The position numbers and the translations under genes were made by a program. Below are positions 10,640-20,564 of a stretch of DNA of 64,000 nt, piece by piece. Every line of letters starts with the position of its first letter. Within the stretch, counting starts at the first letter, position 1. Source of the stretch: an uncultured Acidobacteriota bacterium (GTDB taxonomy: Bacteria > Acidobacteriota > Thermoanaerobaculia > UBA5066); contig CAVZYA010000002.1 in the NCBI GenBank assembly GCA_963779415.1, positions 1,696,001 to 1,760,000 on the forward strand. Direction: 5' to 3'. The notes under the pieces are model-generated. The model did not search any database. It worked only from the letters and a program-made list of their open reading frames with translations, and was not told where the DNA came from.

Positions 10640-10713
10640 CCTCACCACCCGATCCCGTAGTCCTCCCCGTGGTCGCTGGAGCCGCCCCAGAGGGTGCCGT
10701 GGGCGCGGTCGAT
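10640..10713. repeat. 74-bp direct repeat, copy 1 (duplicate of the ggt 3' end)
   Basis: cctcaccacccgatcccgtagtcctccccgtggtcgctggagccgccccagagggtgccgtgggcgcggtcgat matches 11356-11429 with one mismatch. Confidence 0.95.
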
Positions 10714-10719
10714 CATTTC

Positions 10720-10751
10720 TTATTGAAATAATTAGCCGGCCGTGAGAGCCT
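10720..10751 (+). promoter_or_regulatory. Putative promoter/operator of the brnT operon
   Basis: AT-rich palindrome TTATT-GA-AATAA (10720-10731) overlapping TTGAAA, with GAGCCT 17 bp downstream. Confidence 0.35.
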
Positions 10752-10764
10752 GAAGCCGGGCGCG

Positions 10765-11031
10765 ATGGACTTCAGATGGAACGACTGGAACCTGACGCAT
10801 GTCGCAGAGCATGGTGTCGATCCCGCAGAAGCCGAGGAGGCCGTTGAGTCGGCCGATTCTTCCTGGCCTCGGTACCGGGGGGACGGAAAGTGGCTCGTAT
10901 GGGGGCGTGGACGGGGCGATCGGCTGTTGCAAGTCGTGTTCGTCCTCGACGCCGACGACACGCTCTTCATCATCCATGCACGGCCGTTGACCGACAGGGA
11001 GAGGCGGAGATTCCGGAGACAAGAGCGATGA
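10765..11031 (+). CDS. brnT: BrnT/RelE-like ribonuclease toxin
   Basis: FRWND.N..HV..HGV...EAEE, GRG..DRLLQVVF, IIHARPLT.RERRRF pattern. Confidence 0.8.
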   Translation: MDFRWNDWNLTHVAEHGVDPAEAEEAVESADSSWPRYRGDGKWLVWGRGRGDRLLQVVFVLDADDTLFIIHARPLTDRERRRFRRQER

Positions 11032-11345
11032 AGCGCAAACGACCCGCCACCGATTTTCCGCGTATGACAGCGACCGAACTGCGAGCGGCAACGAAGGAAT
11101 TCGACCGTGAGATGGTGGTGGATGAGTTCCACCCTCTCTCGCCGGACGAGCGGGCCCGGTGGGAGAGTGCTCGCCGGAAGCCGGGGCGGCCACGCCGGGG
11201 AGCGGGAGCGAAGGTCATCTCGGTGAGCGTGGAGCGACGACTCCTCGTCCGCTCGGATGCTCTGGCGAAAAACCTCGGGATCACCCGCGCGTCGCTCGTG
11301 GAGCGCGGCCTGAAAGCCGTCCTCGCCGCAGAGGGAAAGCTCTAA
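11028..11345 (+). CDS. Putative antitoxin with C-terminal ribbon-helix-helix (BrnA-like)
   Basis: ATGA overlap with the toxin; PGRPR followed by KVISVSVERRLL..SDALA..LGITRASLVE RHH-like pattern. Confidence 0.72.
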   Translation: MKRKRPATDFPRMTATELRAATKEFDREMVVDEFHPLSPDERARWESARRKPGRPRRGAGAKVISVSVERRLLVRSDALAKNLGITRASLVERGLKAVLAAEGKL

Positions 11346-11355
11346 GGGCTTCCGG

Positions 11356-11429
11356 CCTCACCACCCGATCCCGTAGTCCTCGCCGTGGTCGCTGGAGCCG
11401 CCCCAGAGGGTGCCGTGGGCGCGGTCGAT
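11356..11429. repeat. 74-bp direct repeat, copy 2 (actual ggt 3' end)
   Basis: Matches 10640-10713 except one synonymous Gly codon position. Confidence 0.95.
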
Positions 11430-13241
11430 GAAGATGGCGTTGATGGGGCCGGAGGTCTTGGCGCGGACGTCGAGCCGGTAGCCCATCTTGACGAGTTCGT
11501 CGCGGACCCACGGGGGCGTCGAGGCGTGGATCATCAAGTAGCCGGGCTTCGCCTCGTGGGCGCCGAAGGAGCTGCGCATCTGCTCGCTGTTGATGTTCGC
11601 GGCCTCCGTGGCCTGCTGAACCGTCATCCCGAACTCCACGACGTTCAGGAAGAACTGGAGGAGGTTCTGGTCCTGTGAGTCGCCCCCCTGGACGGAGAAG
11701 CAGAGGTAGGGCTTCCCGTCCTTGAGCGCGAGCGTCGGCGTGAGGGTGACGCGCGGGTGCTTGCCGGGCGCAAGGACGTTGAACGGGCCGTCGGCCGGAT
11801 CGAGGACGAAGCTCTGCATCCGCTGGCTCATCCCGATTCCGGTCTTCCCGGCGATGACGGCCGGGACCCAGCCGCCGCTCGGCGTGACGGAGACGACCCA
11901 CCCTTCCGCGTCCGCCGCCTCGACGGACGTCGTCCCGGCGTAGAACTCCTCCTCGAACGTCCGGAGCGCGCGCCGGAGACGCTTCGGGCAGGCTGGCCGC
12001 TCTGGCCTTCGCGGGGCGTCGCCCCCCACCTTCTCGAGGAGGTCCGAGATACGGGTTCCTCTTTCCCTCGAAAGGATAGGGGTCGCCCGGCTTCACGTTC
12101 GGGTCGTTCTTCGCCCAGTTGATCGTGGCGGCCCGCTGTTTCGCGTACTCCTTCGAGAGGAGCCCCTTCGTCGGTTCTTCCGGTGGAAAGTAGGGGTCGC
12201 CGTAGTAGAAATCCCTGTCCGCGAACGCCAGGTTCATCGTCTGGTAGAGCGCGTGGATGTACCGGGCGCTGTCGTAGCCCATCCCCTTGAGGTCCATCCC
12301 CTCGAGGATGTTCAGGGCCTGCAGCATCGCGGGCCCCTGCGTCCAGACGTCGAGCTTGTAGACGTCGATCCCCTTGTAGGTCGTCTTCACCGGCTCCTCG
12401 ATATGGACCTTCCAGTTCGCGAGATCCTCGAGCGTGATGAGGCCGCCGACTTCCCGCGAACCGCGGACGAACTCGCGCGCGATGTCGCCGCGGTAGAAAC
12501 GGTCGTAGGCGGCGAGGATGGCCTCCTTGCGGCTCTTCCCGGCGGCGAGGGCCTGCTTCTCGGCGTCGACGAGCTTCCGGAGCGTCGCCGCGAGGTCGGG
12601 CTGCCGGAAGATCTCGCCGGCCTCCGGCGGCTTGTCGCCGGGGCGGGGGAGGAGGACGCGGCGCGAGTCGGGCCACTTCAGGAGCCAGTCGCGCTGGCGC
12701 GTCACGGTCGAGACGTGCTGCTGCTCGACCGCGTAGCCGTCGGCCATCTCGATCGCCGGCGCGAGGACGTCGGCCAGCGAGAGCTTTCCGTACTCGGCCA
12801 GCATCACCATGATCCCGCCGGGCGTCCCCGGCGTGACGGCGGCGAGCGGGCCGTACTCCGGCGGGTAGGCCATCCCTTTCGAACGGAAGAACTCCGGCGT
12901 CGCCCCCGTGGGTGCCACGCCGAGTGCGTTGATGCCGATCACCTTGCCCGTGTGCGGATTGAAGATGAGCGCCTGCGTCTCGCCCCCCCAGGAGAGGGTG
13001 TCCCACATGGTGCAGGTCGCGGCGATCATGGCGCAGGCCGCGTCGACGGCGTTGCCCCCCTTCTGGAAGATCATCGCGCCCGCCGTGGCGCCGAGAGGCT
13101 TGCCGGTGATCGCGATCCACTTCGTGGCGTGGAGCGGGGGCTTGTTCGTGGCCGCCGCGGTGACGAGGGCGAGGGCGATCGCGGCCGCGCCCGCCGCGAG
13201 GAAGAGCGCAGACGCGCGGCGTCCGGTTCCAGCGTCTTCAT
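11358..13241 (-). CDS. ggt: Gamma-glutamyltransferase family protein (frameshifted in this sequence)
   Basis: GGNAVDAA, LAFADRDFYYGDP, catalytic TTS, GGDSQDQ; split over ORFs 11281-13074 and 11358-12029, frameshifts near 12040 and 13100-13230. Confidence 0.85.
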
Positions 13242-13413
13242 CCGAGTCTCCTTCGGGAGGGCGGCCCTCCCCGGATACGGCTCAGCCTACAACGGCAGCG
13301 TGAAGCCTTCCCATCTGAGTCTCGCTATCGACGGACAACGTCGCTCTCGTACAATTCTCTTTGAGAATATTCGCAGGTGAATGCGCGATTCCGGACTACG
13401 GGCAGTACTGGAT

Positions 13414-14289
13414 TCAGAGTTGGACCGCACCGTTGAAGCGTTCGACGGTAATGGACGAGCCTTGAGACAGGAAGCGTCTAAGGCGAACCTGCCCTATCCG
13501 GCCTTCAGTGGCTTTGCGAGAACGAAGCACTTTTCTCATCGTTAGCTCGACCGCCGGCCTTCTCCGCCTCGGGATCCCGGGCTCGACCGGTGCGGTGCTG
13601 TAGAGTTCAGATGAGAGCCCCTTAATCCGGCCAACGTCGATTGGCGTCGGCAGCGGGACGCGTCCTCTCCTGAAGGGTGCGAGAGCCACCGGTGGCATGG
13701 TGACAAGAAGATCTGTCCAGGTACTCGCATGGTGGGCAGTCTCAGAGCCGTGGTGTGGGACCTTAAGAGCGGTAGCTCGGACCGATGGCCTATTGACATC
13801 AGAAGCAATTGCGCTCCATCCAGTCGACGATTCCTCTAGATCGGATCCAAGGAGCACAAGTCCCTCCTTTCCATGAACCAGAAGCAACACCACGGCGGAG
13901 TGGTTCGCACTGCGATCGACTATCTGACGACGCACGCAGGGCACCTTGGGAACGAGAGCCGCAATTTCCCTGACCGCTCGTACTTTGGCCAGCGACGAGG
14001 GACTCAAGGCCCATAGTTCGGCTTCCCCGCACCGATGCAGGACCTGGTCGGCTGACACCGGTAGAAGTCGCTGATTTGGAAGACCAAACACCCTGGCGAA
14101 CTCTGAAAGATGGTTCACTTCGCGCGGTTCATCCTCTGCCAGCGCCACGAGAGTCAAGAATTCGCGGCTCTGAAAACAGTCCGAAAACGCTATTCGGGCC
14201 GCGGGGCATGCGTCTGCCAGGGCTGAGAGTCCTCGCACGTGATCTTCATGCCAGTGAGAGGCAACAATCAACTTTACGGCCGACGTCAC
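13414..14289 (-). CDS. MBL-fold metallo-hydrolase (ComEC/Rec2-like), apparently N-terminally truncated
   Basis: SHWHEDH (HxHxDH), NHSAVV, LGSDLE, KVPHHGS motifs; region visibly lower in GC than its flanks. Confidence 0.75.
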   Translation of the reverse strand: MTSAVKLIVASHWHEDHVRGLSALADACPAARIAFSDCFQSREFLTLVALAEDEPREVNHLSEFARVFGLPNQRLLPVSADQVLHRCGEAELWALSPSSLAKVRAVREIAALVPKVPCVRRQIVDRSANHSAVVLLLVHGKEGLVLLGSDLEESSTGWSAIASDVNRPSVRATALKVPHHGSETAHHASTWTDLLVTMPPVALAPFRRGRVPLPTPIDVGRIKGLSSELYSTAPVEPGIPRRRRPAVELTMRKVLRSRKATEGRIGQVRLRRFLSQGSSITVERFNGAVQL

Positions 14290-14843
14290 GTCAGCCGAGT
14301 CCCGGCGGTGCGAGGTCGACTGTGATCGATGATGACCTCGCGCCCCGGTTCTTCTGCGAGGCTCAGATGAGTCGTAGCCATGTCCGAATCAGGAGGCGAT
14401 CCGGGGGCATTCCATCCTCTCGGTGCCGGATTAGTCGAGTCTTCAGAACGAATGTCAGCGAGCGCTCGAAGGACATCTCCTTCCGCAGTACGGCCTGGAC
14501 AGTTTTCCAGACCCGATGGCGAGGGGCCTGAATGTGGAGGCTGAGGTGCGCGCTGGACTGAAAGACGGGGGTAGATCGCGCGGAGTTGGATCCGGGGAAT
14601 TCGATGCAAGTTCGGCGGGCCGGAAGGTCCGAGACGAGATCCGAGTCCGGCGGCGACCGAGAAGCACCGCCCGGGCTCTTGTGCGGATACCTGGAATTGC
14701 AGAGGGCCTGACGACGGGCTCGGTACCCGCAAGTGCAAGAATCAGGCCGACGTAGAAGGATCAAATCTCCCAGGGACGCTCCGATCGACGAAATACTAGA
14801 CCGTCTTTTTGGAAGGCTGCGCCGGTCGATTCTAGGAATCGCG

Positions 14844-17225
14844 CTACGCCAGGACGCGGCGTGCGCGTCGCGTCCGCGGCGGAAGAGGGCGACGAGGCCA
14901 CCCGCCATCAGGACGTAGAAGCCGCCCCAGACGAGGGAGATGAGCGGCTTGAACGTCACGTCGACGGAGAAGCTCTCCGGCGTGGGGGGCTTGAGGTCGC
15001 CGCCCGGGGAGAGGCCGAGGACCTCGATCTCCATGGCGCCGTCGCTCCCGCTCGACGCGGGAGATCCGGAACCGCCCGTTCGGAACCCCCGGGATCGGAA
15101 CCTCGGGGGCCTGCTGCATCGCTTCCTCTCCTTCGCCGGAGAGGAACATGACGAGCTTGGCCGTCTCCTCCGTCGTCTTCCCGCCGCTCTCGACGAGAAA
15201 CTTCGCGTTCATCGTGACGCTCGGGGGATTCGCGTTCATCTGCGAGCGGTCCATGAAGAACCCCTTCGAGGTGAAGGCGACGCCACCGAGGGTCTTCCGC
15301 TCCTCCGGCCGGATCGGGATCTTCGTCCCCTCGATCCGCGAGGGGGAGCCCGGGTCGTACGACTGCGGGGAGAGATAGAGGTCGGCGAGCGGCGTCGAGC
15401 GGACGTCCGGGTTCGCCATGAGCTGGCGGGTCCGCTCGTTCTCGTACATCTTCGGGTAGGCCTTCCAGATCTTTCCTCCCCCCACGGCCACTTCCACCTC
15501 CATCGCCTGCTTGGCACGGCGGTCGGCGAGGATCGCGGGGTCGAGGTCCGTCCGCTGCTTCACGGCGCCGTCCTCGTTCATGAAGACGGTCCGCGTGAAG
15601 GTCATCGTGCGGCTCCCGACGACGGTCGGCGTCCCACGGACGAGCGTCACCTGCATCTTCCGCTCGTAGGCCCCCGAGATCAGGATCCCGACGAGCATGA
15701 TCGAGACCCCCACGTGGGCGAGATAGCCACCGACGGAGGCGACGACCTTCCTCCGGACGAAGAGGATTACGCTCTCGACGTTCGCCGCGAGGCCGAAGAC
15801 GGCAAATCCGATGAGGGCGAGATCGCCGACCCCGCGGACCCCCGCGGAGAAGGCGACGCCGGCGCCGAAGAGGCCGATGGCGAAAGCCGTGACGGCCTTT
15901 CGCGCGACGGAGCTTCCCGTCTCGCCGCGCCACGAGAGGTAGGGGACGAGCGCGATCAGGAGGCCGATCAGGATCGCCACGGGGACGTGCGTGATGTTGT
16001 AGAAGCTCGTCGCCACCTGGGAAGGCTTCGAGACGAGCCCGGTCAGGATGGGGGCGGAGGTGCCCAGAAGGATGACGGTCGCCGAGGCGCAGACGAGGGC
16101 GACCGAGAGGATGAAGAGGACCGAGCGCGAGAAGAAGAGCTCCTCCCGCTCCTTCCCGGTGGCCGGGTCGATCTCGGAGACGACGGGGATCTGCTTCCAG
16201 CGCCAGGCGAGAAGGGCGAGGCCGCCGGCGAGGAAACAGATGATGATGACCCCGAGCAGGTTCTTCAGGCCCGACTCGACGAAGGAATGGACCGAGAAGT
16301 CCTGAAGGACGCCCGACCGCGTCAGGAACGTGCCGTAGAGGATGCAGGAGTAGGTGAGGATGGCGAGGAGGATGTTGATCTTCCGGTGCTTCTCGCGCGT
16401 CCGCTGCAGGTACATCCCGTGCAGGAGGGCGACGGTGAAGAGCCACGGCACGAGGGAGGTGTTCTCGACGGGGTCCCACGCCCAGTAGCCGCCCCACCCG
16501 AGCGTCTTGTAGGCCCAGTAGCCCCCCATGAGGATCGCGGTGCCGAGCGTGACGAAGGTGAAGAGTGCCCACGGCATCGCGCGGACGACCCAGCCGTCCC
16601 ACCGCTTCGTCCAGAGGGCGCCGATCGCGAAGGCGAACGGCACCGAGAGAGACGCGAACCCCGCGAACATCACCGGCGGGTGGATCACCATCCACGGGTC
16701 CTGGAGGAGGGGATTCAGCCCCTGGCCGTCGGCCGGGATCTGCTCGAGGAACCGGAAGGGGGGCTGCTTGACGAGGATCACGACGATGGCGACGAACGAC
16801 AGGACGTAGACCGCCATGACGGGGGCTTCCTGCTCCTTCGCCGTCGCCAGGACGAAGAAGCCGATGATCGCGCCCCAGAAGAGCCAGAGCATGAAGGAGC
16901 CTTCCTGCCCGGCCCAGAACGTGGAGAAGAGGTAGGAGAACGGAAGGTCGCGCCCCGAGTAGGCCGCCACGTACGTGACGCGGAAATCGTGCGAGAGGAG
17001 GAGACCCATCAGAAGGAGGCAGGCGAGGAGGATCGACCCGGCGAAGGCCGCGTAGAGCCGCCGGGCGAACCCGGTCCAGGCGGCCGCCTCGGCCGCCTGG
17101 CCGCCCGCGGACTGGAGGGAGAGGACGCGGACGTAGGTCGCGATCGTCGCGAGCCCGAAAAGAAGCGCCGCCCAGATGGCGGCGGTGCCGGGGGCGAATC
17201 CGATGGAGCGGATCGTGTCGCTCAT
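14844..17225 (-). CDS. ccmF: Cytochrome c heme lyase CcmF (frameshifts near the 3' end)
   Basis: WAGQEGS, LNPLLQ.PWMVIHPP, WGGYWAWDPVEN, GTFLTRSG, SVHSF; GGAGG RBS before ATG 17225. Confidence 0.9.
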   Translation of the reverse strand: MSDTIRSIGFAPGTAAIWAALLFGLATIATYVRVLSLQSAGGQAAEAAAWTGFARRLYAAFAGSILLACLLLMGLLLSHDFRVTYVAAYSGRDLPFSYLFSTFWAGQEGSFMLWLFWGAIIGFFVLATAKEQEAPVMAVYVLSFVAIVVILVKQPPFRFLEQIPADGQGLNPLLQDPWMVIHPPVMFAGFASLSVPFAFAIGALWTKRWDGWVVRAMPWALFTFVTLGTAILMGGYWAYKTLGWGGYWAWDPVENTSLVPWLFTVALLHGMYLQRTREKHRKINILLAILTYSCILYGTFLTRSGVLQDFSVHSFVESGLKNLLGVIIICFLAGGLALLAWRWKQIPVVSEIDPATGKEREELFFSRSVLFILSVALVCASATVILLGTSAPILTGLVSKPSQVATSFYNITHVPVAILIGLLIALVPYLSWRGETGSSVARKAVTAFAIGLFGAGVAFSAGVRGVGDLALIGFAVFGLAANVESVILFVRRKVVASVGGYLAHVGVSIMLVGILISGAYERKMQVTLVRGTPTVVGSRTMTFTRTVFMNEDGAVKQRTDLDPAILADRRAKQAMEVEVAVGGGKIWKAYPKMYENERTRQLMANPDVRSTPLADLYLSPQSYDPGSPSRIEGTKIPIRPEERKTLGGVAFTSKGFFMDRSQMNANPPSVTMNAKFLVESGGKTTEETAKLVMFLSGEGEEAMQQAPEVPIPGVPNGRFRISRVERERRRHGDRGPRPLPGRRPQAPHAGELLRRRDVQAAHLPRLGRLLRPDGGWPRRPLPPRTRRARRVLA

Positions 17226-17235
17226 TTTCCTCCCG

Positions 17236-17630
17236 TCACGCCTTCTTTCCGTACTGCGTTCGGCCTCTTGCCCCTGGTACTTCGACGGGCACTTCACGAG
17301 GAGCTTCTCGGCCTGGAAGGCGCCGTTCTGGTAGCGGCCGATCGCCACGATGGAGACCGCCTCCTCGAAGTTGGCCGGCTTGACGTCACGGTACGCGACC
17401 GGGAGGGCGACGTTGGTCTTCACGTCGAGGAGCGTGAAATGGAGCGTCTTCGACTCGATGTCGTAGCGCGAGGTTCCCTTCTCGAGCGCCCCCATCACCT
17501 GCACCGTCCGCTGCGAAGCGCGCGCCTCGTCGAACGAGACGTACGGCGTCATCGACCTCGTGAAGGTCGTGAGGCCGAGGGCGAGGAAGGCGAGGACGAC
17601 GACGGCGCCGATCCCGTATGCCTTTTTCAT
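17236..17630 (-). CDS. ccmE: Heme chaperone CcmE, CxxxY type
   Basis: N-terminal TM, OB-fold-like body, LLVKCPSKY; a one-base shift gives QYGKKA-stop at 17236 just before the ccmF RBS. Confidence 0.85.
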
Positions 17631-17782
17631 GGACGATCTTCCCCCGTACGAGCGGCGGACGCGGCGCGGATCTTTCGGTCCAGGTAGAGGAGGTAGAGAA
17701 AGAGGCCGGCCCAGATGATCAGGTTGACGCCCATCACGTAGAAGAGGGCGCCCTGCGCCGGGGCCGGGGCGGATGGATTCAT
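17627..17782 (-). CDS. ccmD: CcmD family small membrane protein
   Basis: MNPSAP...LIIWAGLFLYLLYLDRKIR, between ccmC and ccmE with overlapping start/stop codons. Confidence 0.8.
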   Translation of the reverse strand: MNPSAPAPAQGALFYVMGVNLIIWAGLFLYLLYLDRKIRAASAARTGEDRP

Positions 17783-18442
17783 GAATGGGCCTCCCGGAGA
17801 ATGCGGGTCACCTTCCGGTCGAGCGCCCAGAGCCAGACGAAGAGGCAGACGAAGGCGAGGCTCGACGAGAAGAAGACGGTCCGGATGTCCGAAGACATCT
17901 CGACCTTGCCGCGGGCATTGAGAACGGTGTCGGGGTGGAGCGAGGCGTACATCCGCGGCACGGCGAACATGAGGAACGGCACCGTGACGAACGCGACGAG
18001 GGCGTAGGCGGAAGAGAGCGTCGCCCGTCGCTCGGGGTCCTCGATCGAGCCGCGAAGCCCGAGATAGGCCCCGTAGACGAGAAGGAGGAGCGCGATCGAC
18101 GTCTCGCGCGGGTCCCAGTTCCAGTAGGCGTTCCACATCACCCTCGCGAAGATCGACCCGGTGACCGTCGCGAGAACGCAGAAGACGAAGCCGAGCCGTG
18201 CCGCGGCGGACGGCGGCGTCGTCGCTCTCCATCCGCCGCTTCCGGAGATAGACCGCCGAGTGCCAGGCCGCGAGGAAGAAGGCGATCGAGGCGACCCACG
18301 CCATCGGCACGTGGTAGAAGACGATGCGCGAGGATTCCCCGACGAAGTTCTGCGCGGGGCGGGCCCAGAGGAACGAGGCCCAGATGATGACGGCCATCGC
18401 GAGGCCGAGGACCCACTGACTGACACGTATCACGCCCGGCAA
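17779..18442 (-). CDS. ccmC: Heme exporter CcmC (frameshift near 18215)
   Basis: RIVFYHVPMAW, WNAYWNWDPRET WWD motif, SLHP. Confidence 0.88.
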
Positions 18443-18517
18443 CCCCTCACCGGCCGATATTAGCCCGGTCCGGGCGAGCCTGTCCGTAGAGCGGTTGATT
18501 CATTGACCCGGAAAGGG

Positions 18518-19219
18518 TTACTCCCGCCAGACGGCGTCGAACATCAGGAAGGCGGCCGTCGTCACCACGCCGTCGTAGGCCACGAGGAGGCGGACGAAAT
18601 CGAGCCCGGAGGCGAGATCCGTCTCCGTAGCGGCGACCCGCGTCCCGAGGACGGCGCCGACGAGGGGCGGGAGGAGGAGCGGAACCGCGAGAACGGCGAA
18701 CATCGTCCCCTTGGCCGAGGCCTTCGAGACGATCGCCGCGGTGAAAGTGCAGGCCGAGGCGAGGCCGATGTTCCCGAAAACGAGGAGGAGGAAGAAGAGG
18801 AGCGGGCTCTGGATCTGGAAGGACATCATCGCGAGGAAGAGCGGCACGACGAAGAGGGTCACGGCGAAGAGGAGCGCGAGGTTCGCGAGGAGCTTCCCGA
18901 GGAGGACCGCTGCCGGCGGGGCGGCGAGCCGGAGGGCCGCCGCCGTCCCGGCGTCCTCCTCCTTGACGAAGACGCGGGAGAGCCCCGTCATCGCCGAGAA
19001 GAAGAGGACGATCCAGAGGAGGACGGCGTTCACGGTGGGACGGTCCTCCGGCGAGAGCGTCGCGGGGCCGACCGCGTAGCCGACGAGGACGAGGACGGCG
19101 AAGGCGAAGAGGAGGAGCGCGTTCGTCGAGACGCGAGTCCGCCACTCGGAGAGGAGGTCCTTCAGGAAGAGGGCGCGCGCGGCGCCGAAGACCCCGGGGC
19201 GAAGGGCGCTCCCGCTCAC
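18518..19219 (-). CDS. ccmB: Heme exporter permease CcmB
   Basis: KDL.SEWR, F.KEEDAGT, multi-TM, LAVPLLLP. Confidence 0.87.
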   Translation of the reverse strand: MSGSALRPGVFGAARALFLKDLLSEWRTRVSTNALLLFAFAVLVLVGYAVGPATLSPEDRPTVNAVLLWIVLFFSAMTGLSRVFVKEEDAGTAAALRLAAPPAAVLLGKLLANLALLFAVTLFVVPLFLAMMSFQIQSPLLFFLLLVFGNIGLASACTFTAAIVSKASAKGTMFAVLAVPLLLPPLVGAVLGTRVAATETDLASGLDFVRLLVAYDGVVTTAAFLMFDAVWRE

Positions 19220-19830
19220 AGCGTCACCCGCTCGGTCGCGAGGGCGAGGTCGCCCGGGTCGTTCGAGGCGACGACGACGACCCCCCGGGCCCGCTGGGCC
19301 GCGACGACGCTCGCGACGACGGCGCGCCCGGCCTCGTCGAGGTTCGAGCTCGGCTCGTCGAGAAAGAGGACGGCGGGCTCGTGGAGCGTCGCGTAGACGA
19401 GCTTCACGCGCTGGCGCTGTCCGGTCGAGAGGGCGCGGAGGGGCGTCGCGGCGATCCGCTTCGGGTCGAGACCGACCCCTTCGATCGCGGCGTCCGCCCA
19501 GTCGCTCCCGGAGGGGCGGCCGTGGAGGCGGGCGAAGAAGCGGAGGTTCTCCGAGGCCGTCAGCTCGCCGTAGAGCGAAAGGTCGGGGGCGACCCAGCCG
19601 ATCGACTCCGAGGCGTCGCGCGGGGCGCGCCGCGTCCCCCCTTCTTCGACGAAGACGGCGCCGGTCGAGGGGCGGAGAAGGCCTGCCAGCATCTTGACGA
19701 GCGTCGTCTTCCCGCTTCCGTTCGGGCCCGCGACGCCGAGGACGCTCCCCGGCGCGACCCGAAAGGAGAGCGGGCCGACGATCCGGCGGCGGCCGAAGGA
19801 GCGGGTCAGGTTCTCGGCGACGAGGTCCAC
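19216..19830 (-). CDS. ccmA: Heme exporter ATP-binding protein CcmA
   Basis: GPNGSGKTT, LTASENL.FF, LSTGQRQR, LDEPSSNLD; first gene of the ccm operon. Confidence 0.87.
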   Translation of the reverse strand: MDLVAENLTRSFGRRRIVGPLSFRVAPGSVLGVAGPNGSGKTTLVKMLAGLLRPSTGAVFVEEGGTRRAPRDASESIGWVAPDLSLYGELTASENLRFFARLHGRPSGSDWADAAIEGVGLDPKRIAATPLRALSTGQRQRVKLVYATLHEPAVLFLDEPSSNLDEAGRAVVASVVAAQRARGVVVVASNDPGDLALATERVTL

Positions 19831-19877
19831 GCGACTCGCGGAGGATACCGAACGCGGCGGTCATAATCCGCGGAGCG

Positions 19878-20564
19878 GTGAGAACGCGCCTCCTGGGGTT
19901 CCTTCTTTTCGTCTTCGTCCTCCTCTGGCGGGCGACGCTCCGGATCCGCGTCGTCGGGGAGGAGCGGCGGGCGGCCGTCTCGGCGGAAGGGGTCCCGATC
20001 CTCCACGTCCTCTGGCATCAGCGGATGGTGTTGGGGATCCTCTCGAACAGGTTACCGGGCGTCCTGACGATGGCCTCGCGAAGCTCCGACGGCGAGGTGA
20101 TCGCCGAGTTCCTCCGGTTCTGGGGCTATCGCGTCGTCCGCGGCTCGTCGTCGCGCGGAGGGACGGAGGCGATGCGCGACATGATCCGGGAGGGACGCCT
20201 CGGCAGGCGCTGGACGGCCCTGACGACGGACGGTCCGCGCGGCCCCGCGCGGCGGTCGAAGGGGGGCGTCCTGACCTTCGCGGAGGCCATCGGAGCGGTG
20301 GTCCTGCCGGTCGGAACCTCCTCGGCATGGCCGAAATTTCTCCGCTCGTGGGACAACTTCCTCGTCCCGCTCCCGTTCTCCCGCTGCGCCTGCGTCTACG
20401 GCGAACCTCTCCGGCGGGAGCCGAAGGAGCCGGACGAGGCCTTTCTCGCGCGGCTCGACCGGGCCATCGACTCCGCGACGGAAGAGGCCGACCGGATCTG
20501 CGGCGTGACCGGGGCCCCTCGCGGACGCGACGTGCCGACGAAAGGGGAGGCCGATGACGCCTGA
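19878..20564 (+). CDS. DUF374 / lysophospholipid acyltransferase family protein
   Basis: LWH, MASRSSDGE, VRGSSSRGG, TDGPRGP, SWD.F.VP.PF. Confidence 0.85.
   Translation: MRTRLLGFLLFVFVLLWRATLRIRVVGEERRAAVSAEGVPILHVLWHQRMVLGILSNRLPGVLTMASRSSDGEVIAEFLRFWGYRVVRGSSSRGGTEAMRDMIREGRLGRRWTALTTDGPRGPARRSKGGVLTFAEAIGAVVLPVGTSSAWPKFLRSWDNFLVPLPFSRCACVYGEPLRREPKEPDEAFLARLDRAIDSATEEADRICGVTGAPRGRDVPTKGEADDA

Noticed and set aside
14844-17630. Apparent 928-aa CcmE-CcmF fusion in the ORF track
   Set aside because: A one-base shift gives a natural CcmE stop at 17236 followed by GGAGG and the ccmF ATG. The window has many similar indels, so an artefact is more likely.
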